A stretch of DNA of 32,000 nt from Candidatus Nitrosopumilus koreensis AR1 (GTDB taxonomy: Archaea; Thermoproteota; Nitrososphaeria; Nitrososphaerales; Nitrosopumilaceae): contig NC_018655.1 of assembly GCF_000299365.1 (NCBI RefSeq), positions 1,560,001 through 1,592,000 of the forward strand. Direction: 5' to 3'. The position numbers and the translations under genes are program-made. Below, in pieces: positions 27,064 to 32,000 of the stretch. The stretch's first letter is position 1, and every line of letters starts with the position of its first letter. The notes beneath the pieces were generated by a model. The model saw only the letters and a program-made list of their open reading frames with translations. It was not told the origin of the DNA and ran no database searches.

Positions 27064-28662
27064 GCCGGCAGATTTTTGGGTTGCAATTACATCATCAATT
27101 CTCAGAATCATACATGCAGCTTCGGCAGCTGCAGAAACAATTTGGAGTTTCACTGCAAGAGGTTCAATAATATCACTAGATTTCATATTTCCAATCTTTC
27201 CTTTCATTACATCAATACCTGTCCATTTCTCACCTTTCTGTTGTTTTGAACGTAATAATGTAAGAGTGTCAATTGGATCCATACCAGCATTTTCTGCGAG
27301 TGTTAATGGAATTGATTCTAAGGCATCAGCAAATTTTTCTGCAGCTAGTTGTTCTCTTCCTTCAAGAGATTTAGCCCAATTTCTGAGTTTTGTAGCAGCA
27401 TATGTTTCAGGAGCTCCTCCACCTGCCACAATCTCTGGTTTTTCAATTACATCTTTTACAACCATCAGTGCGTCATGAACAGAACGTTCTACTTCATCAA
27501 CTACTCTTTGTGAACCTCCACGGAGAAGTAAAGTAACAGATTTTGGATGTTTGCATCCCTCAACAAATACCCACTTGTCTTCCTCAATCTTCCTTTCCTC
27601 AACAAGGTCAGCACTTCCAAGGTCTTTTTCAAAGAGATCATCAAGATTTGTAACGATTCTTGCACCTGTTGCTTTTGCTAGTTTTGTCAAGTCACTTTCT
27701 TTAATTCTTCTAACAGCAATAATTCCTGCCTTTGCAAGATAATGTTGTGCCATATCATCGATTCCTTTTTGGCACAATACTACATTTGCACCAGAACCAA
27801 TGACTTTGTCAACCATTGTTTTTAGCATTCTGTTTTCCTCATCTAGAAATGATTTCAATTGTTGTGGATTTGAAATGTTAATTTTAGCATCAGTTTCAGT
27901 TTTGTTTATTTCTAATGCTGTATTAATTAAAGCAATTTTAGCATCATTGATTTTTCTTGGCATGCCTCCATGAACAATTTCTTTGTCAAGAACTATGCCC
28001 TGAACAATCATTGAATCCTTAATTGAACCACCAGCTTTCTTTTCAACTTTAATATCATCAATATCGACACCATATTTTTCAGAGTCTTTTTCTGCAACAG
28101 CAAGTACTGATTTTACAATAATATCGGCAAGTAGATCAGAATCTTTTCTAACAAGTTTAGTTTGCATAGAAGTTTTTGCAATTTTATTAAGAATATTTTT
28201 ATCATTTGCAGAAATTGTATCTGCAATACTTTCAAGGAATTGTTTGGCTTTTTTTGCAGCTTTTCTATAGCCGTCAACAATAATTGTTGGATGGACATCT
28301 TGATCAATCAAGGATTCAGCATTTTCAAGTAGTGCTCCTGCTAAGACTACAGCAGAAGTTGTTCCATCGCCAACTTCATTGTCAGTTGTTTTAGAGATTT
28401 CAACTAGCATTTTTGCTGCTGGGTGTTGAACATCAATTTCTTTGAGAATTGTTGCACCGTCATTTGTAATAGTAACATCGCCTAATGAATCAACTAGCAT
28501 TTTATCCATGCCTCTAGGACCTAGGCTGGTATGAACAATTTCAGCAACTATTTTTGATGCGGCAATATTGTTCTTTTGTGCATCTCTACCTTTAGTTTCT
28601 GAACCGCCTTCTTTGAGCAAGACGACAGGCATATTTCCTTTGGAAGTAGCTTGCATACCCAT
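26959..28662 (-). CDS. Thermosome (group II chaperonin) subunit
   Basis: [50 protein letters not shown] motifs; GGM-rich C-terminal tail. The ORF track start at 28761 is probably too long; [20 protein letters not shown] at 28662 fits family N-termini better. Confidence 0.95.
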   Translation of the reverse strand: MGMQATSKGNMPVVLLKEGGSETKGRDAQKNNIAASKIVAEIVHTSLGPRGMDKMLVDSLGDVTITNDGATILKEIDVQHPAAKMLVEISKTTDNEVGDGTTSAVVLAGALLENAESLIDQDVHPTIIVDGYRKAAKKAKQFLESIADTISANDKNILNKIAKTSMQTKLVRKDSDLLADIIVKSVLAVAEKDSEKYGVDIDDIKVEKKAGGSIKDSMIVQGIVLDKEIVHGGMPRKINDAKIALINTALEINKTETDAKINISNPQQLKSFLDEENRMLKTMVDKVIGSGANVVLCQKGIDDMAQHYLAKAGIIAVRRIKESDLTKLAKATGARIVTNLDDLFEKDLGSADLVEERKIEEDKWVFVEGCKHPKSVTLLLRGGSQRVVDEVERSVHDALMVVKDVIEKPEIVAGGGAPETYAATKLRNWAKSLEGREQLAAEKFADALESIPLTLAENAGMDPIDTLTLLRSKQQKGEKWTGIDVMKGKIGNMKSSDIIEPLAVKLQIVSAAAEAACMILRIDDVIATQKSAGGPPGGGEGGMPPGMGGMGGMPPGMGGMPDMGGMM

Positions 28663-28755
28663 TGATGCAAAAACTCCAGATTCCCCTTTTATACCTTCCA
28701 GATCAAGAGTGGATGGTTTACAAACTATCGGTGTTTTTAAATTGGGAAAATCAAG

Positions 28756-30087
28756 TTGCAAAATATGGTTAAATCACAAAATAAAGAATCTTACAATAAA
28801 ATTTTTACAAAATTAAAGGAGCATCATAAATGGTTTGAAAACTCAATCCCATTAATTGCCAGCGAGAACATCCCAAGTCCTGCAGTTAGAGAAGCCATAA
28901 TTTCAGATTTTGGCAATAGATACGCCGAGGGTTGGCCTGGAGAAAGAGTCTATGCGGGTTGTATCTACATTGATGATGTAGAATTTGAATGCATGAAACT
29001 GGCTAAAAAATTATACAAAGCAAAGTTTGCAGATGTTAGACCAATTTCAGGTGTTGTAGCAAATCTTGCAGTGTATTCTGCTTTTTCAAATCCAGGAGAT
29101 GTTATGCTAGCCCCATCTATTCCAGCTGGGGGCCATATTTCACATGGTAAAAAGGAGCATTCTGGAACTGCAGGATTGGTTCATGGTTTAGAAATTGAGT
29201 TTTATCCATTTGATGCAGAAGAGATGACAATTGATGTAGACAAAACAAAACAGAAAGTAAAGGAGTTAAAGAAAAGTAATCGGCTTCCAAAAATAGCAAT
29301 GTTTGGAGGCTCATTATTCTTGTTTCCACATCCTGTCAAAGAGCTTTCAGATTTTCTAAAGAGTTATGATATGCACATCAATTATGATGCAGCTCATGTT
29401 GCAGGATTAATTGCAGGTGGAAAATTTCAAGACCCACTTCGTGAGGGAGCAGATACAATGACAATGAGTACTCATAAGACTTTGTTTGGACCTCAGGGGG
29501 GATTAGTTCTAGGTTCTGAGAAACATGGGGAACCAATCAAAAAAGCTACATTCCCAGGTCTCACAAGTAGTCACCACATCAACAATATGGCAGGAAAAGC
29601 AGTAGCATTTGCTGAGGCTTTAGAGTTTGGTAAAGATTATGCCTCACAAGTTATAAAAAATGCAAAATCACTTGCAGACGCATTAAGTGATGCAGGATTC
29701 AAAGTCTTAGGTGAGACCAGAGGATTTACCCAATCACATCAAATTGCTGTCAATGTTTTAGATTATTCTGATGGCGGAAAAGTTGAAGCCGACTTGGAGA
29801 AAGCAAACATAATTGTAAACAGACAATTAATTCCGGGAGACATCAAAGCAGGAAGGAATTATTTCCATCCAGGCGGAATCAGATTAGGGGTTTCCGAGAT
29901 CACCAGACTTGGAATGAAAAAGAATGAGATGCAAGAGATTGCATCATTCATCAAACAAGTAGTAATAGATAAGAAAGATCCAAAGAAATTACTGTCCAAA
30001 GTAAAGTCATTTAGAAAGAATTACCAAAAGGTGAAATTCTGTTTTGACAATAAATTAGGCGCATATGAATATGTCAAATTGCGATAA
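28756..30087 (+). CDS. glyA: Serine hydroxymethyltransferase
   Basis: IPLIASENIPS, STHKTLFGPQGG (PLP Lys), and TRLGMKKNEM motifs. ATG at 28765 is an alternative start. Confidence 0.95.
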   Translation: MQNMVKSQNKESYNKIFTKLKEHHKWFENSIPLIASENIPSPAVREAIISDFGNRYAEGWPGERVYAGCIYIDDVEFECMKLAKKLYKAKFADVRPISGVVANLAVYSAFSNPGDVMLAPSIPAGGHISHGKKEHSGTAGLVHGLEIEFYPFDAEEMTIDVDKTKQKVKELKKSNRLPKIAMFGGSLFLFPHPVKELSDFLKSYDMHINYDAAHVAGLIAGGKFQDPLREGADTMTMSTHKTLFGPQGGLVLGSEKHGEPIKKATFPGLTSSHHINNMAGKAVAFAEALEFGKDYASQVIKNAKSLADALSDAGFKVLGETRGFTQSHQIAVNVLDYSDGGKVEADLEKANIIVNRQLIPGDIKAGRNYFHPGGIRLGVSEITRLGMKKNEMQEIASFIKQVVIDKKDPKKLLSKVKSFRKNYQKVKFCFDNKLGAYEYVKLR

Positions 30088-30088
30088 T

Positions 30089-32000
30089 TCAGGCATAGTC
30101 TGTAAGAAGTGATTGGTCGCCTGGACTTTTTCCAAATACTAATTCAATTTCATCAGCAAGTGCATGAATCCTTCCCCGTTGATATTCACTAACATCATAT
30201 TTGTCAACAAGTCTTTTTGCAAGTTTCAAATATTTTTCTACAGAGCCACGAGTTATTGTAGGAATTAGTTTATGGCCACATACACAAGTTTGGATTAGTG
30301 GCATACGTCGATAAGATTTACCACATCCAGTACACCTAAAGTTTTGTCTAGCATATGCTCTTAGATTTCCCATAATGTCTGGTACAAGATGAGTTGAAAT
30401 GACATCTGAAACAATTTCTGAAGTATTTACAGCATCAATCAATTCTGCATTTTTAACTTGCATATCAAATTTGTCTAGCATCGATCCAAGAGTCGAATAT
30501 GCACTGCGTGATTTTGAAGTTGTAAGAGATGATGTTGAGTGAGTGAAATAATAGTCATAAAACTGTCTTTCTGTTTCAAGTCTAGATTTGATAATTTCAA
30601 CTGATGAAATATCTGGGGCTTTGACTTGTTGAATTGTTGATTCAAAAAATTCCAAAGGAAATGATTTTGTGACCTCAAGATTATGTGCTTGTGGTTGGGA
30701 TTCATGTGGTAAAACAAGAGGTTGAACAAGCAGTGGCGCATCCATCAATCCACCTATAGCATCTGAAAGGAATTGTCTTGAAAAATTCAAAAGACTATCC
30801 ATCAATAACATTATTGAGTCAGCATCGCCGTCTGCGTCCCTTCTTTTTGCTGAATGCCAGTTGGGAGTTGCAAAACAGACATGGGTTTCAGAATATCCAA
30901 TGATTCTACCTACTATGCCAACTGATGTATGAGGAGCAAGACCAATTACCAAATGTCCAATCAGTTCTTTTGAGTTGTGTACATTGTAAAATGGAGTTTT
31001 ACCATAGAATTTTTCTAAAAGCGTATCAATGTATTTGCAGATAGAAACAAGATATCTTCCACTTTCATAGGGGATTACCACATCTTGCATACGGAGTTCA
31101 ACTATCTGTTCAGGATTTTCAAGGGGGTTGCCATCAATATCATGCGTATAACCTAATTCTTTGAGTTTTTCAATTGAGGTTCCAATCCAAGACGGTTTGA
31201 ATTGTGTGAGAGGTGAGTTTGTCGCATCAAATCTGACAGTTCCATCTTTGAACACTGTAAGTCCAAAGTTTTGTCGGGCAAGTCCTTTTTCCAAAGGTTC
31301 GGCAATCTTATCTTGACTGATTAATTCCTTTACTCCCTTGAATGGTTCTTGTGCACGTAAACGGATTTTTTCTTGAGCTTCAAGGAGTTTTGATTTTAAT
31401 GGAAATTCTTTATGTGAATACGCTAAAGCGGTTCGTTTGCATTTATCACAAAAAGGTTCTTCAAGTGTATCTCTACAATAAGGACACCTATAAGAAACGG
31501 TAGTTTTTGTACCACATTTTGAGCATTTTATTCCAATTGATGGTTGGTTACATTGTGTACAATGTCGATTGTAAATGTTAGTGAAAAAGTGTTCATTTCT
31601 AGATGCCTTTAACAGATCCCGTGTAGGCCCACCTTTGTCACTTATAGGAAACAACACATGTGTTGGCGGTTTCATCTGTCTAGGTGCAGCCTTTTCTGGT
31701 CTTCCAATCCTAACCCCAATAGATGTAGAAAACTTGTTTCTAATTTTAATTCCAGAGGATTTTGAAATTAATTGAGGAACGGATGAATCATTGATTTTAA
31801 TTTGCTCTCGAAATAATAAATTAAAGAAAATTTTTGCTTCAAGGTTTTCAAGGAGGATGTTATCATTTTCAACTATATGTGGAACTCCTAATGTTTCAAG
31901 GATTTTTTTTACTTGTATAGAATATTCAATTGAGGTTTCATTGATTTTTTCAGGTTGTAAAAGTAGGTTGAGTTCTTCGGAGGATATTTTATCCCAAAAA
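30089..32000 (-). CDS. polC: DNA polymerase D large subunit DP2, C-terminal part (continues past right edge)
   Basis: GRPEKAAPRQMKPPTHVLFPI, Cys4 zinc motifs, RRDADGDADSIMLLMDSLLNFSRQFLSD catalytic motif. My manual translation of 31676-31999 shows the frame stays open upstream of the track's Met at 31675. Confidence 0.93.
   Translation of the reverse strand, partial: FWDKISSEELNLLLQPEKINETSIEYSIQVKKILETLGVPHIVENDNILLENLEAKIFFNLLFREQIKINDSSVPQLISKSSGIKIRNKFSTSIGVRIGRPEKAAPRQMKPPTHVLFPISDKGGPTRDLLKASRNEHFFTNIYNRHCTQCNQPSIGIKCSKCGTKTTVSYRCPYCRDTLEEPFCDKCKRTALAYSHKEFPLKSKLLEAQEKIRLRAQEPFKGVKELISQDKIAEPLEKGLARQNFGLTVFKDGTVRFDATNSPLTQFKPSWIGTSIEKLKELGYTHDIDGNPLENPEQIVELRMQDVVIPYESGRYLVSICKYIDTLLEKFYGKTPFYNVHNSKELIGHLVIGLAPHTSVGIVGRIIGYSETHVCFATPNWHSAKRRDADGDADSIMLLMDSLLNFSRQFLSDAIGGLMDAPLLVQPLVLPHESQPQAHNLEVTKSFPLEFFESTIQQVKAPDISSVEIIKSRLETERQFYDYYFTHSTSSLTTSKSRSAYSTLGSMLDKFDMQVKNAELIDAVNTSEIVSDVISTHLVPDIMGNLRAYARQNFRCTGCGKSYRRMPLIQTCVCGHKLIPTITRGSVEKYLKLAKRLVDKYDVSEYQRGRIHALADEIELVFGKSPGDQSLLTDYA

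Noticed and set aside
26938-27478. Plus-strand ORFs opposite the thermosome gene ([18 protein letters not shown]..., [16 protein letters not shown]...)
   Set aside because: They are antisense readings of the GGM-rich tail of a strongly supported thermosome subunit.
28663-28761. N-terminal extension of the thermosome ORF (MQLDFPNLKTPIVCKPSTLDLEGIKGESGVFAS)
   Set aside because: Overlaps the divergent glyA start and does not resemble chaperonin N-termini; start at 28662 preferred.
1-32000. CRISPR array, transposon, prophage or toxin-antitoxin/defence island
   Set aside because: No regularly spaced repeats with spacers, no transposase, integrase or defence-type proteins among the ORFs. The only short direct repeat pair (328-363) has just two copies with a 4-nt gap.

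Overview
This window is a compact, AT-rich archaeal chromosome segment. Its gene complement and protein motifs look like a marine ammonia-oxidising Thaumarchaeota/Nitrososphaerota genome of the Nitrosopumilus type; that assignment is inference from motifs, with no database search. The content is mostly housekeeping. It includes a di-cluster ferredoxin, a membrane cupredoxin, a Cache/HAMP/class III cyclase, an unusual J-domain protein, a USP, a CBS protein, a VIT1/CCC1 transporter, an APC permease, two divergent type I glutamine synthetases, a KamA-like radical SAM protein, an MscS channel, and PRPP synthetase. There is an RNA-processing group (Trm-G10-like methyltransferase, RNase Z, ThpR, CCA-adding enzyme, COG2112-type kinase, tRNA-Pro), as well as Sir2, UPF0201/UPF0200, a GINS subunit, an AN1 zinc finger, a thermosome subunit, GlyA, and the C-terminal part of PolD large subunit DP2, which runs off the right edge. 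I see no CRISPR array, prophage, transposon, rRNA or defence island. The strongest lead is the KamA-like enzyme / active-site-variant glutamine synthetase / divergent MscS locus at about 8.3-13.8 kb. It could be a beta-amino-acid (beta-glutamate/beta-glutamine) osmolyte module, but this is a hypothesis. Secondary leads are motif deviations in the J-domain (HSD for HPD), the cyclase (Lys for the transition-state Arg), the ferredoxin (Asp for one Cys) and MscS (a Cys cluster in the soluble domain).
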